64,000 nt of DNA, taken from contig NW_027590160.1 in the NCBI RefSeq assembly GCF_964213995.1, forward strand, positions 372,001 to 436,000, written 5' to 3'. Below, piece after piece: positions 12,618-25,156 of the stretch. Made by a program: the position numbers and the translations under genes. This DNA comes from Mustelus asterias. Lineage: Eukaryota. A model generated the notes under the pieces. It was not told where the DNA came from, did no database searches, and saw only the letters and a list, made by a program, of their open reading frames with translations. The number at the start of each line of letters is the position of its first letter. Position 1 is the first letter of the stretch.

Positions 12618-12750
12618 CTGTGTAAATATATATTTAAAAAAACACGAGAATTAATCCTGGTGAAATGATTCCTGTTTCTGGAACATGCCAGAGATAGACT
12701 AACAATGAGACAGTAACAGTGAGAGACTTGGACAATAAAAAACTACTCAC

Positions 12751-12796
12751 CGGATAAGAAAGTCAGCAACAAACTGAGAGAAATCGCCGACCTCAT
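12751..12796 (-). CDS. IGHV: VH leader exon
   Basis: MRSAISLSLLLTFLS plus G|GTGAGT; 46 nt, phase 1, 133-nt intron to the V exon. Confidence 0.93.
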
Positions 12797-12886
12797 CTTT
12801 CTGGTCATTTTAGGGAAATGGTTGTGTCAGGAACTCAGTGAACAAACCAGCTCCCGGACTGTAGGATTCCGGTCCCGTGAGTGGCA

Positions 12887-12912
12887 TTTAAATACCCGGC
12901 AGAAGGGGGCGG
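12887..12912 (-). promoter_or_regulatory. VH promoter TATA-like box with adjacent GC-rich/CTCF-like motif
   Basis: TATTTAAA about 90 bp upstream of the ATG; GCAGAAGGGGGCGG at 12899-12912 (+). Confidence 0.55.
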
Positions 12913-15900
12913 CTTTCCAGGCGCCGCCTGTTGATTCCCTGCTGGAGGCGGCGACTGGATCCACGTCCCACCTTCCACACCCCAACAGAATGGACTCCGA
13001 GATTTACAAGAGGTTAATATTAAAATGGACATTTTATCTGTATCGGGATATTTGTTTGACTGAATGTAATGCGCCCATTATTTCTCATGGTATTATTGCA
13101 GTTCATCATCGCTTCATAAAAAAGCTAATTTCATTGTTAATATCGTCAATTTATGTGCACGCCCCTAACACGAAGACAAAACTAAAATTCATAAATTACA
13201 TTTTCAGAGAATAAAGGGACCGTCAGTCTATTTTGCAACAATTCCGGGTCTCTGTCAAATTACAATAATAAAGCTTAATTGATCAGATGAATTATTATCG
13301 ATTTCTGTAACTAAGTAACTAGATTTTTTTTAAAATCTATTTAGAGTGCAGATGGCTATCATTGTGCAATTTGGGCTTGTAGATAACAAGAATTTCCTGG
13401 TATTATTAAGTGTGTCCTGACATTTCTCAAAATGCCGCTGAACATAAGACACCCCTGCGGAAACTAGTGATATCAGGAAGCCGCCTGCCTGATAATCAGT
13501 GAGTTGACGGAGAAACATAAAATTGGCATCGACGGTTGGCAGTAAAGCTAATGAATCAGAGAGGACACGGTGATCAGTAAGCTTCTCCTTCAGCATCCAA
13601 ATCATTGCAGCTCATTTTATTGGCACCGGCTGTCTAACATTCACTGGTACGGGGAACACAGGATATCAGGACTTTGCGGCATATCACACAATATCAAAAG
13701 AAAAATATTTCATCCTTCATTGAATCAGGATACAAACTGATAATTTCTCCATTCAATGGCAGCTATGAGAGGGACTGGTAAATAATAGAAATCAGATTTT
13801 ACTGTACAACAGAACACGGTGCTAATCAGGTATCAGAGACGTTGCCGTTTAAATGAGGTGCGTTCAGAATATTCCAGGAATCCCCGATATCCAGGGCAGT
13901 TTTATGATTTTCTTTCAATTTTATTCATTTCAATTTTTTGCCATTTCACTGATCTCATTGGGCTGGTGGATTGTGACCATCAACATCTCTCTCTCATATT
14001 TCATGAAGTTGTTCACAAACATGCTTTAATTATTGGAATGACATTTAATTGAAAGTTATACAAATTAAATGCCATCCGGTCATCCTACTATTTTCTGAAC
14101 TATTTAATCGTGTTATGAATAACGCATTCATTGAAAATATGTGAAGGAATACTACTTAAAATGCTGTCTTTCTGTGATAATGAAACATTTATTGTTGAAA
14201 TGGCCTTGTCCATTTTTTTTTCCATTCACCTTCAAGCTAATCCGTCCCACACAGTATTTGGCAGCAATCCAGGTTGCTGCCAAATGCCCAGAGTTATTTA
14301 CAGGAAGCATCTGGAGGTACTGTTCAGTAAATCAATAATCTGTTTCCTCAGGACTGAGCGCTTGGCTGCAGGCCATCTTCAAACTATCCACATTGTCAAT
14401 GGGGCCTTTTTGTAAACAAATCCACCCAGCAACAATACTGGAGGCAATTTACCTTTTCAAAGTTGTTAACCTATATGAATGTTCCCACTTCTCAGGAAAG
14501 GAAAGTTATTCCGCTTCTCTCGCATCCTATTAGCAACAATGATATTCTCTGCAACACATCAGGTCATTGTGATGCATGGATAGAAAGAAACAAAGGCAGA
14601 GTGTGAGAGAGGGCTCAGAGAGAGGATACATGTTGTATTACATAAACACGTATATTTGTGTTTTCTATCCCTTTAATGTTCCATGGGTCGTGGAACTCAC
14701 CGTCGGCACCAACATCCGTTCCCTATGCCGAATTGATCTTGAACTGAATAGTTTGCTAGGGCTTTTCAGAAGACGTTGAACAGTCAGCTATATTGCTGCC
14801 AATATGGAGCCACATTTTGGTGAGATCAGGTAGGGATGAAAGATTTCCTTCATTGGGAAATCAGAGAGTCTCCATGGTCGCAGTTAGTATGCATTCAATA
14901 TTTATGAATTTAATTCAAATTCCACCAGCTGTCATGATCGGATATACATCTGTGTCCTCACATCACTGGCTTGGGCCTCTGTATCACTGGTCCAATGACA
15001 TTACTGTTAGGTCATGTCCCCAAAGCGTTGATGCAACAATGAATGATAGTTGGAAGCCTGAATATCTTGATTGAGGAATCAGTGAAAGGACTGATCGATG
15101 CCTCGTTAGATGGGCCTGAAAGATGCTGTTCGACATCCTCATACTCGTTTTAGCAACTTCATCAATTGAAACTGGTTCTTTTTTTCATTTGCGTCAGCCT
15201 ATTTCTTTCAATCCTTCCAGATTTTCGAGGTGAAATTGAACCCTATGTTATCGGGAACTAAGAAGGTGAACCTCACGAACAAAAGGAGGGAACTGTCTTC
15301 TGGCACTGATTGTTCTTTTCTCTGCTGATGATAAATCTTCATATCCAAATTAGAAAACGAGAACATGATTGGGTTGAGGAGGGAGTATTGTAGTATATGG
15401 AACATGACATCCTTTCATGTGCAACAAATCACTCAACAAATCCTCACTCGAATTAGTGAAGGTAACAGGGTAAAAAATGTAACAATGTGGCAACATAAAA
15501 AATGTGGCACTCACTAGACAGTTACAAGAGTTAAATTGCTGTCCAAAATAGCGTAGTAATGATTCGGGATTTTATGATCAATCACTTCACATTATGTACA
15601 GGTAGTATCATTTACACCGTCACCTTTAAAATAATCATACATTCCAGTTATATACCAGGACTTTCTGTGGGATGATGAGGTGATTACTTGTCAATGAAGC
15701 GTAGAGGCTGCTGGGTAGCTGCTCCGTATCCTCGGGCTGATTTAATTCCATTTCCCACTGAATTCTGGGACAGATCTGATTCCTTGCTGACAGGAAGGTC
15801 AGTGTGACAGCAGTACAACATAATCGAAATAAATCATATTGAATAAGTTGCATTTACATTTTCTATCAAATAAAATGCTGAAAATAATTGGTGAAATAAT

Positions 15901-15969
15901 GATTTTGCTTTGTGAATTGATGACAGGTAGTGCAAATGGTTTTTTGTCCTTAATGATTTATGATTATTG

Positions 15970-16950
15970 GTAATGTTCGAGCAACAGGATTGTCAGGCAC
16001 TGACCATCACCAACAAAGAGGATCAAACCATCGTCCCTTGACATTCAATGGCATTACAATCGCTGGATCCCCAACTATAAACATCTTGGGGGTTACCACT
16101 GACCAGCCACCGATGTGTATGGAATGCAATGGTTCAAGAAGAAGGCTCAGCACTGCATTCTCAAGGGAAATTAGGAACTGGCCACAAAACCTGAACTTCC
16201 CAGTGACGCCAGCTATAGAAATGCTCCGGGTATCGGGTCATATGCTAGGAATCGTGTGGTGAGTAACTCACTTCCTGTATCCTCCTCGAAACGTGTCCAA
16301 CATCTACAAGGCACAAGTCAGGAGTGTCCTGGGATTATCACCACTTTGCTAGATGAGTGCAGCTGAAATATCATTCAAGAAGATTACTACCATTTAGGGC
16401 AAGTTGACCTGCTTGATTGGTACAACAGTTGCTAGCATGCACTCCATCGACATTCACTCAACAGGAAAAAAATGGTGTATCTTCCATGTGATGCACTTTA
16501 GAAACTCACCAAGGACCCTTCGGCAGCGTATTCCATACGACTGACAGTTACCATTTAGAAGGACAACCGTAACATTTACCTAGGAACATCACCACCTCGA
16601 AATTCCCCACCAATTCACTAATAAACCTGACTTGGAAATATATCACCATTTCTTAACTGTCGCTGGGAACACCCTCCCTAACAGCATTGTGGTTGTACCT
16701 ACACCTCAGGGACTGCAGCGGTTCAAGAAGGCAACTAATGGGTACATGAATAGAGAGGGAATCGAGGGGTACTGTCGGAGTAAGGACAGAAGGTTCCTTT
16801 AGTTTAGTTAGGGTATCATGATCGGCACAGGCTTGCAGGGGCGAAGGGCCTGTTCCTGTGCTGTACTCTTAATTGTCCTTTGTTCTTATCAAGGGCAAGT
16901 AGCGATGAGTAATAAATTCTGGCCTGGCCATTGACGCCTGCAACCTGGAG
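15970..16950 (+). mobile_element. Old decayed LINE 3' region with nested CR1 tail (~16740-16885)
   Basis: PLTFNGITIAGSPTINILGVT remnant; IYKAQVRS-like nucleotide motif; CR1 3' UTR. Confidence 0.7.
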
Positions 16951-17108
16951 ATTAATGTTGCAATATATTCATCTTCATGAACGGATGTTATTGGTGAATG
17001 AAATCATTTAACTTCGTGAAAGGCTGTTAAGTGGTGAAAACAATTGCTATCTTTCTGAATATTTACGACCTTCTCCTTCTCTATTGGAAAATAGGATCAG
17101 TTCCACAG

Positions 17109-17188
17109 GAGGTGCATGATTCAAAAACATCACACTGTCTAAAAACAAGAGGTGCATGATTCAAAAACATCACACTGTCTAAAAACAA
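17109..17188. repeat. Perfect 40-bp tandem duplication (2 copies)
   Basis: GAGGTGCATGATTCAAAAACATCACACTGTCTAAAAACAA x2. Confidence 0.95.
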
Positions 17189-17599
17189 AACCGACACTTT
17201 AAATTCTTCATCTGCTGGCAGACTGGGTTATCTGATGTGCAGTGCAATGTTTGTGTTGGAATATTTGCTCTGGACAACATCTGCTTTGTACGTTCTTTAC
17301 CCTATTTTTGTCAATCCAACAAAAACTTTCGACACCATCAGCAAAGCGGGGACTATAAGATTTTGGGAAAAATGTTCTCTCCACTAAATCTTCCCAGTCT
17401 TATTCGTAACACAGAAAACGACCATACACACGACTTTATGTGCAGCACGTGTGACAGAAGTAAGCTCTCTAAAATTGGCCTCCTCAGTCATCAATAAAGG
17501 TAACGTATGAGAAAAAAACTAATCTCAAATGGATGTGCTTCCTGTATGCCCATCTTCTACTGCATATGGAAGGATGCCTGTGATTTCTGTTTTAAAGGG

Positions 17600-18720
17600 G
17601 TGAGATGAGAAAGCATGCCGTTGACATCAACACAGCACTTGACCGGTTGTGACATCAAGAATCTCGAGAAAAACCGCAGTCACTTGATCAAAAAGGGAAA
17701 ACATTCCACCGTTTGGAGGCATATCTGGCACAAAGGAACATGGTTGTGGTTGTTGAAAGCCAATCATCTCAGTCACAGGGCATTGCTGAAGGAGTTCCTC
17801 GGGATAATATCTGAGCCCTCAGCTTATCGCTTTATCAAAAGGTCAGAAGTGGGATATTAGCTGATAACTGCACAGTGTTCAGCACCAGTTTTGACTCCTT
17901 AGATACTGAAACAGTCCGGGCGCGTATGCAGATAGACTTAGAATACAGCCATGGTTTTGCTGAGGAGTGGCAGGTTACATTCATGGCACAAAGGTAGCAG
18001 GCAATGACTTTCTCCAATAAGGGAGATTCCAACCATCTTCCTTTGACATTAAATGAAATTACCATCGCTGAATCCCCCACTATCAACATCCTGGGGTTTA
18101 TCCTTGATGGAAATCTGAACTGGGACATCTATTTAAATAATGTGGCTGCAGCAACAGGTCAGAGGCTGGGAGTTCTGCGGTGAATAACCCGATCTTCATT
18201 TTCGAAACCCTGTCCATCATCTATAAGGCAGAAATCAGGAATGCGATTGAATATTCTTCACTTGCCTGACGTGTGTCTCTCAAGCAACACCCGAGAAGTT
18301 CGACACCATCCAGGACAAAATAGCTATCCACCACCTTAAACATTCGCTCCCTGCATCATGGACGCACAACTCTAGCAGTGTGAACCATGTACCAGATATG
18401 CAGCAACAAGTTCAATAGGACACTCCAATGTATTAACTCTGATACTTCAAAGGATTGGGCAGTAGATGGGTGGGAATGCAACTACCTACAAGTTCCCCAT
18501 CAAGCCACACACCATCTGGACGGGGAACTATACTGTTGTTCATTCACTGTCACTGGATCAAAATCTAGGAATTCCTTTGCTATTACCACTGTGGATGTAC
18601 TTCCTCAGTATGGAATGCAATGGTTCAAGAAGAAGGCTCAGCACTGCATTCTCAAGGGAAATTAGGAACGAGCCACAAAACCTGAACTTCCCAGTGACGC
18701 CAAATCCCATTAAATAATTT
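17600..18720 (+). mobile_element. Old decayed LINE (same family as 15970-16950)
   Basis: Shared ACCATCGCTGAATCCCCCACTATCAACATCCTGGGG motif and shared 3' end. Confidence 0.7.
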
Positions 18721-19611
18721 TAAACAAATCAAATCTGTGCTTATATTCACATAGTCCATACCCTATCCCCCTCTCTTTATGTTACACGAGGTGATGTCTC
18801 TGATCATATTACAGCAGGCACTTTCTACATTGTTTCTGCACTCGGCTCAATATCAGTTGTTCACATACAAGGCCAGGGCCCTGTTTATGTTACACCTTCT
18901 TCGTTGTGACTGCACTGAACTATGGCTAAATTAATCTGGCAAGAAGCTCTGTCTCAATTGTTATTGTCTTGGAACATTTATCTCTGCATAATAATTGGGA
19001 ACAGCGCTATCTTTCTTGCATTAACCCACGGTTTGGTCAGAGTTATTGCGCTACTAATTAATTAGTTTCTAATAAACTCGACCTTGTTTCAGTTGGTGCT
19101 GCAGCAGTCCATGTATTTGTATCCTTTGAACCATGTTCTCTCCGTTATTTTATTATTGGCTACCCTTTTTGCTGCATTACATGTCTCAGTGTGCACCGGT
19201 CGACATCCCATATCAGAAATTCCTACTAATGTACGAGGGTGTGTCTCAATTTATTTTAGTATAGGTCCTGTATTAATAATCATAGCTAATACACTAGTTT
19301 CTGCCTCAGTGAATGTCGATCTGGCTTCTGCAATTGGAATTACAATAATACATGAGATTCTGTCCCTGTTTGTATCGCACAAATTCCTGCATCCGTTAGA
19401 AATACACGAGGCATTGTCTCAGTTTTCCCTCACTGGACCATGTCATACATACGTTTTAATGTTTATTTCCTGGGATGCAGGCGTCATTGGAAATACCAGC
19501 ATTTGACCTTTGACCATCCCCCATTGGCAGTCGGCACTACCTCATTACTTGAATAAGGCCACTGCTTATAGTAAACTACAGGCTGTCCCTGTTATTACTC
19601 CACTAGTCATG

Positions 19612-19768
19612 ATGTGGAGATGCCGGCGTTGGACTGGGGTGAACACAGTAAGAAGTTTAACAACACCAGGTTAAAGTCCAACAGGTTTATTTGGTAGCAA
19701 AAGTGTGGCTTTTGCTACCAAATAAACCTGTTGGACTTTAACCTGGTGTTGTTAAACTTCTTACTGTG
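19612..19768. mobile_element. Penelope-type end collapsed into a perfect 60-bp-arm hairpin
   Basis: 19644-19703 is the exact reverse complement of 19709-19768 with a 5-nt loop; same 5' leader ATGCCGGCGTTGGACTGGG as the 6655 copy. Confidence 0.85.
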
Positions 19769-22489
19769 ATTACTCCACCAGGCCAGATCTTAATTTATGT
19801 TGCACGAGACCTAATCTCGGCTTACATGATAGCTTTTCCTTACTCTGTCTATATTTAACTCTGGGTCACTGTTACTAATGCTCTAGATTATGCCTCTGTT
19901 TGAATTATGGCTACATTACTGCAGTTTATTTGCGAAATGGAGAGAATATAATAAATAAATATATTGGGTTAAAAATAGGTTCCCGGGAGTTTCCTGAAAC
20001 GGACAGTATTAGATCAACTGCACATGTTATGCAGGGCTTAATGGCGATTTTCATAGTAGTCAGCAGAATTAGATTTCAGATATTGTTGCTTGCCAGTGCA
20101 GAAGACAACATTCTACTCCATAGAGTTGTATGTGTCGGAGGATACAGAGAATTATGTTCCCCCAGCCAGTTTCCACATTACTACGAGCAGGCCGTGTCGA
20201 ATGTAACATAAACATGAGCATATTAAAGTGCAGAACTGGGACTGAATCCAGTTAACTACAAGCAGAGACAGGTTGAAATTCATATAAACATCGTCAGGGC
20301 CTTATTTAATATAAGCAGAGACATGGTGACGTGTAATATAAAAATGAAAGGTGTCCAGCTTAGTATGAACAGTCAGCTTGTCTAGGTGTGTTAATGTGGA
20401 CTAGGTGGAATGAAGGGCCTCTTTTGCGCTGTATGAATCGATGATTCTATGATTCTATGACTCCATTAATATGAACAGAGACAGGGTATACTGCAATATG
20501 AAAAGAGGCAGGGCCAAGAGCAGGGAAAGCACTGGGTAGGTACAGAGAAAGATCCTTTGGTACTGCCACATCAAACGCCGCCACGAGGTACAGACCCGGT
20601 TGGATACATTGTTAAATTTCCCCTACAGTTCCCATTGAACACTCTGAGGTCATTGAATGCTCATGACACATGTTGGAGTAACGTTTCCTCTACGGATTCC
20701 AATTCATTGAATTAGATCCATTTAGTTAAAAGCCTGTGAATAGGGCTGCGGTGATATATTGGATGGAAGTTGACTTCATGTTGTGGACCTATTATGGAGG
20801 GAAACGACACATAATTAGACAGGAAAAAGACGGACAGAGGAGACATGCAAACACAGGATGTCTCCACAAAAACATTGGCCGTGCCATTATATTTCGGGAT
20901 TAGAATTAGTTTTTCCTAATTCTGAACATAAATTTCATCATCAATTGTTTATCATAAATAATTGATGAAGAAAAAAATTTCCAAAATAATATACAATCCC
21001 TATTAGAAGCCGTTGATTTATTTTCGTGTTTCTCTTTGTGTCTGTGCTGTGTTGGTGGGGAAATATTTGTTGTGTTTCTGTCAGTCAACAACGTAATCTG
21101 GGATTTCTATTTCTGTGTTTATTTCCATAAATACCTCATTGGTTTCAATGAAGTGTTCATGGCAGAAAAAACAGTCCTTGGACCAAAAAAATCCCGACAG
21201 CAACGGACCTTTGCATGGTCCGCCTCTCACCCGTTCCGATTCCCGTGCAGACGGGACAATAACTTTCCGGCCACGGTCTCAGTTTTTATTAATTCGGACT
21301 CTGCATCCGTTATCTCAGCGCAAAATGCTGTGTCAGTTTACATGAATCCAGACCCTGTATGAGTAATGACTGCAGATATTTTGAATATAGACGTAGCACT
21401 GGAATCCCGTCTTAGTTGTTGCGGAGCAACATGTCTCAGTGCAGGATACTGTCTCAATTTGGAAATGAATCCCCTGTTCAAGCAATTCCGGTACAGCTCG
21501 GGCTTAGTTTATTTCATACCCATTTTGGAGCTGCAAATATCACAATACCCTGTTATATTTAATACTGTATTTAATAATGTCACTGTTAACAGTTCAGTGA
21601 GTCCTATCTCGTCTATCACTGTACTTTGTCCATATCTCCCTTTCTGTCTCTAGTTGACCCTCGGAGTCCATAACATTAGATCTTATATCAGTTACTGCAT
21701 CAGTCAATTTACCATTTTTTAGTTCTTACTATAGTGCGCCCATGCATTTGTTTGAATTTCACTGCCCCTTGAGTTTACTTTTATCACAATGCACCTTGTT
21801 TCTGTTAACACAGCACGCTCCCGCCGCATCCCCGCCAATCCATCCCTAGCGTGCTGAGGCAGCAGTGCTAACAATTGTGCGTGCACCTGTAATGTGTGGT
21901 TTTGGATGACGATACACATGTTTTTTTCATTGTTTACAAAAGGAAGTTGCAAATAATTGATATTGACTTCAAGCATGTTATTATAATTTATTGAATGTTT
22001 GCTTGCAGATCCTAAGCCTCAGTCAATACCTAAAGGTAATACATTAACAGGGACGGTCTTGAATGTGATGTACAGCTGGCCATTCTGCTACCAAGGCAAT
22101 GCATCTTTCAAATGATTTGCTGCTATCCTCTTTTTCTCCATCTCAAACTCTACCTAAATCAAAAAACATCTCTTCTCCCTCGCAGTTTCAATTAACTCAC
22201 TTACACAGGCACCCAAGAGCCGGACCTGGCAGCTGCGAGGAACCAATGTTCAATTTTTGGCTTAAGGCACCTTGTGATTGAAAAGCTGAATCACAAAAAT
22301 CTCAGAGGAAAATTCATGCCAGATTCAGACCAGTCCACTCACTTAACCTCTCCTCGATTTCTCTCACACAACAGCGAACACACTTGAAAGTTTGTATTTT
22401 AGAATTACATTCTGTGGGCAAAATTATTGCTTGAATTTTCATTATTTTCTCCAAGTGATAATATTCAGTCCATCGCCTCTCCAGTTAAT

Positions 22490-22823
22490 GGCGGCATGGT
22501 AGCACAGTGGTTAGCTTCACAGCGCCAGGGATCTGGGTTCGATTCCCGGCTTGGGCCACTGTGTGTGTGGAGTTTGCACATTCTCCTCGTGTCTGCGTGG
22601 GTTTCCTCCGGGTGCTCCGGTTTCTTTCCACAGTCCAAAGATGCGCGGGTTCGGTTGATTGGCCATGCTAAAATTGCCCCTTATTGTCCTGAGATGCGTA
22701 GGTTAGAGGGATTAACGGATAAATATGTAGGGATATGGGGGTAGAGTCTGGGTGGGATTGTGGTCGGTGCAGACTCGATGGGCCAAATGGTCTGTTTCTG
22801 CACTTTAGGGTTTCTATGATTCT
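22490..22823 (+). mobile_element. HE1-like V-SINE
   Basis: GGCGGCATGGTAGCACAGTGG head, V-domain, CR1-like tail. Confidence 0.9.
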
Positions 22824-23291
22824 AATGTTGTTAATCCACATGTTATAATTTATTTTATTCTTTAAAATAGAAATGGAGTTGAATGTAATACTGAGACCGG
22901 CACCAATCTGTGTTGTTGTTCTTGATGCTGTCAGGGTGAGTTCACCCTCACAGGCAGGAAGGCTGTTCACGGCGATAACATCAAACTGACGCCGACTGTT
23001 TCATTCTCAGGTAACACATCTTCCTGTTTCTCTGCTACCGGTTCCAAACCGCACATCTCACTTCTGAGCAGAAAATAAATCCAAGGGACACAATCTGGTG
23101 AGGACATCTGTAAATGCGGCCTATATCTGTCCAGAGAGTCAGGGCAGAGACACACAGATCAAATTGAGGTGACATTTACAAATGAGCCTGTGATCTGTTT
23201 TAAGTTTCCATTCCAGGTCATAACTGGACGGCCAATGGATCAGTCACTCAGCTCACTCGGGTTCCGTGAAGGCAGGAAATAATAGCTTCTT

Positions 23292-23900
23292 ACATAAGAA
23301 CATAAGATCATAAGAACGAGGAGCAGGAGAAGGCCATCTGGCCCCTCTAACCTGTTCCGCAGTTCAACATGAGCATGGCCGATCTCTTCGTGGACTCCGC
23401 CCGCACACCATAACTCTTAATTCCTTTACTACTCAGAAATGTATCTACCATTGCCTTAAAAACATCAATAAGTAGCATCAAGCAGGGAATTCCACAGATT
23501 CACAACCCGTTGGGTGAAGAAATACCTCCTCAACTCAGTCCTAAATCTGCTCCCCCTTATTTTGAGGCCATGCCTCCTAGTTCCAGTTTCACCTGCCCTG
23601 TTTCTATCGTATCTATTCCCATCATAATCTCATGTCTTTGTATAAGATCTTCGCTCATTCTTCTCAATTCCAATGATTACAGCCCCAGTCTACTCAGTCT
23701 CTCCTCAGAAGCCAAACTTCTCAACTCCAGAATCTCCTCTGCACCTCCTCCAGTGCCAGTATATCCTTTCTCAAGTAGGGAGACCAAAACTGTACACAGT
23801 ACTCTTGGTGTGGCCTCACCAGCCCTTTATACAGCTGCAAAATAACCTCGCTGTTTTTAAACTTCACCACTCTAGCAATGGAGGACAAAATTCTTCATAC
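23292..23900 (-). mobile_element. CR1 LINE 3' fragment
   Basis: (CATAAGAA) tail repeats and decayed RT C-terminus in reverse orientation. Confidence 0.75.
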
Positions 23901-24386
23901 CTTTCATAATTTTATCATTTTCTCTGCCTTTGTGTCTTTTCTTTTTGTTTCTGAGCTTTTTATCTGTCAGCACCCTGTAGTTCTTTCTCGTTTCAATTTT
24001 CCTATCTCTCCCTGTATCTCAATCCATCTTCTTGTGACTCTATTTCATAACTGCTGAAAATCATGAAGTTGGGGGAGGGGTAATTAAATTAATACTTCTT
24101 TTCAACTGGGAGGGCGGTCTGTCATCAATCGGTTCAGATCTTTTTTTTGAACAGGAGGACAGAAGGATATTTATATACTTTTACACAGTGAGTGAACTGG
24201 AATGGACAGCCTGAAATGGTGATGGAATCAGATTTTACCGTGGCTTTGGAAAACAAATTAGGAAAATCCTTGATGGGGTTAAAATTTGAAGGATTATGAC
24301 AATAGGGCCATTTGAACGGTCCATCCATATAATTGTGCCAGCATCCTTTCTGGATCTACCTCTGTCCTGAATTGAGACTGAATAAA

Positions 24387-24907
24387 ATGCAATATTTATA
24401 CAGCTGTCATCTTGTGCTGATTCTGTCTTTTGACAGAATCTGCGTGTCTGTACATGTCGGTAAATGCCAGGAAACATTCATACATTAATTACTATTCACA
24501 AACCATCACTTTGAACAGAATGACACTGGATAGAACTTTTTTAGGAAAAGCACAATTACCCTTGACATATGTTGCACAGTTTTGTTTTCCGCTCTGATGA
24601 CGTTTTGGTATTTAAACTTTTCAGTCATTATATGTCCTTAGCTGAAAATTTAAACCTTAGTTTCTGCAAGGACCTGACCCCAGTTTGTCTGTGTAAATAG
24701 CTGCTCAGAAAGGGAAAGAACAGATTGTTTTCTGTTCCTCTGACAAATGCAGCATTGTCCCGCAGATTTCAGAAATCTGCCATGATTGTCTCCTTCAGAA
24801 TATCAGCTCTTCGTCAGGTGGAGTCAGTCACTCGTTCCTCTGTAATGATGCTTCCACTCTGTGATTGCTACAGAGATCCCTGTGTCACTCACCATGACAC
24901 AAAAACC
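24387..24907 (+). pseudogene. Decayed NAR-type (IgNAR/NARTCR-like) V segment with leader and 3' RSS
   Basis: Leader-like exon 24387-24459 (MQYLYSCHLVLILSFDRICVSVHV, G|GTAAAT); acceptor at 24579; frame AENLNLSFCKDLTPVCLCK*LLRKG...KSAMIVSFRISALRQVESVTRSSV; the TAG (Trp position) to TCT (Cys position) distance is 47 codons, as in CDR2-less NAR V; CACTCTG at 24855 and perfect ACAAAAACC at 24899. Confidence 0.55.
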
Positions 24908-25082
24908 TTGCACTAAGGCCCTAAAATTAATTGTTTCCTTATATCAGACTCCAGTCTGACCCCGGGCCCAGCAGTCTCTGTTATTGATACACTGGAGCGG
25001 TCATTAAAATTCTAATGCTCTACTTCTCCATGATTATTTTTGGAAACCATTACCTGATCAATTCTGAATAAAAACCTGTACA

Positions 25083-25156
25083 TCGTTTTGTTATATTTGA
25101 CTCCCACTAGTTATTTTTCCACAAAGCACTTTTTCTACAAAGATCACACAAATAAC
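25083..25156 (+). pseudogene. Degenerate D-like element between 12-type and 23-type RSS relics
   Basis: TCGTTTTGT-13-CACTAGT [TATTTTTC] CACAAAG-21-ACAAATAAC, about 180 bp after the V RSS. Confidence 0.35.

Noticed and set aside
22873-23080. Leader-intron-V structure
   Set aside because: Splice-like sites exist, but the downstream frames tested stop early and show no Ig motifs
24835-24907. Reintegrated signal joint or tiny D (CTCTGTG-ATTGC-TACAGAG)
   Set aside because: The left nonamer is poor and the upstream sequence is better explained as V framework 3
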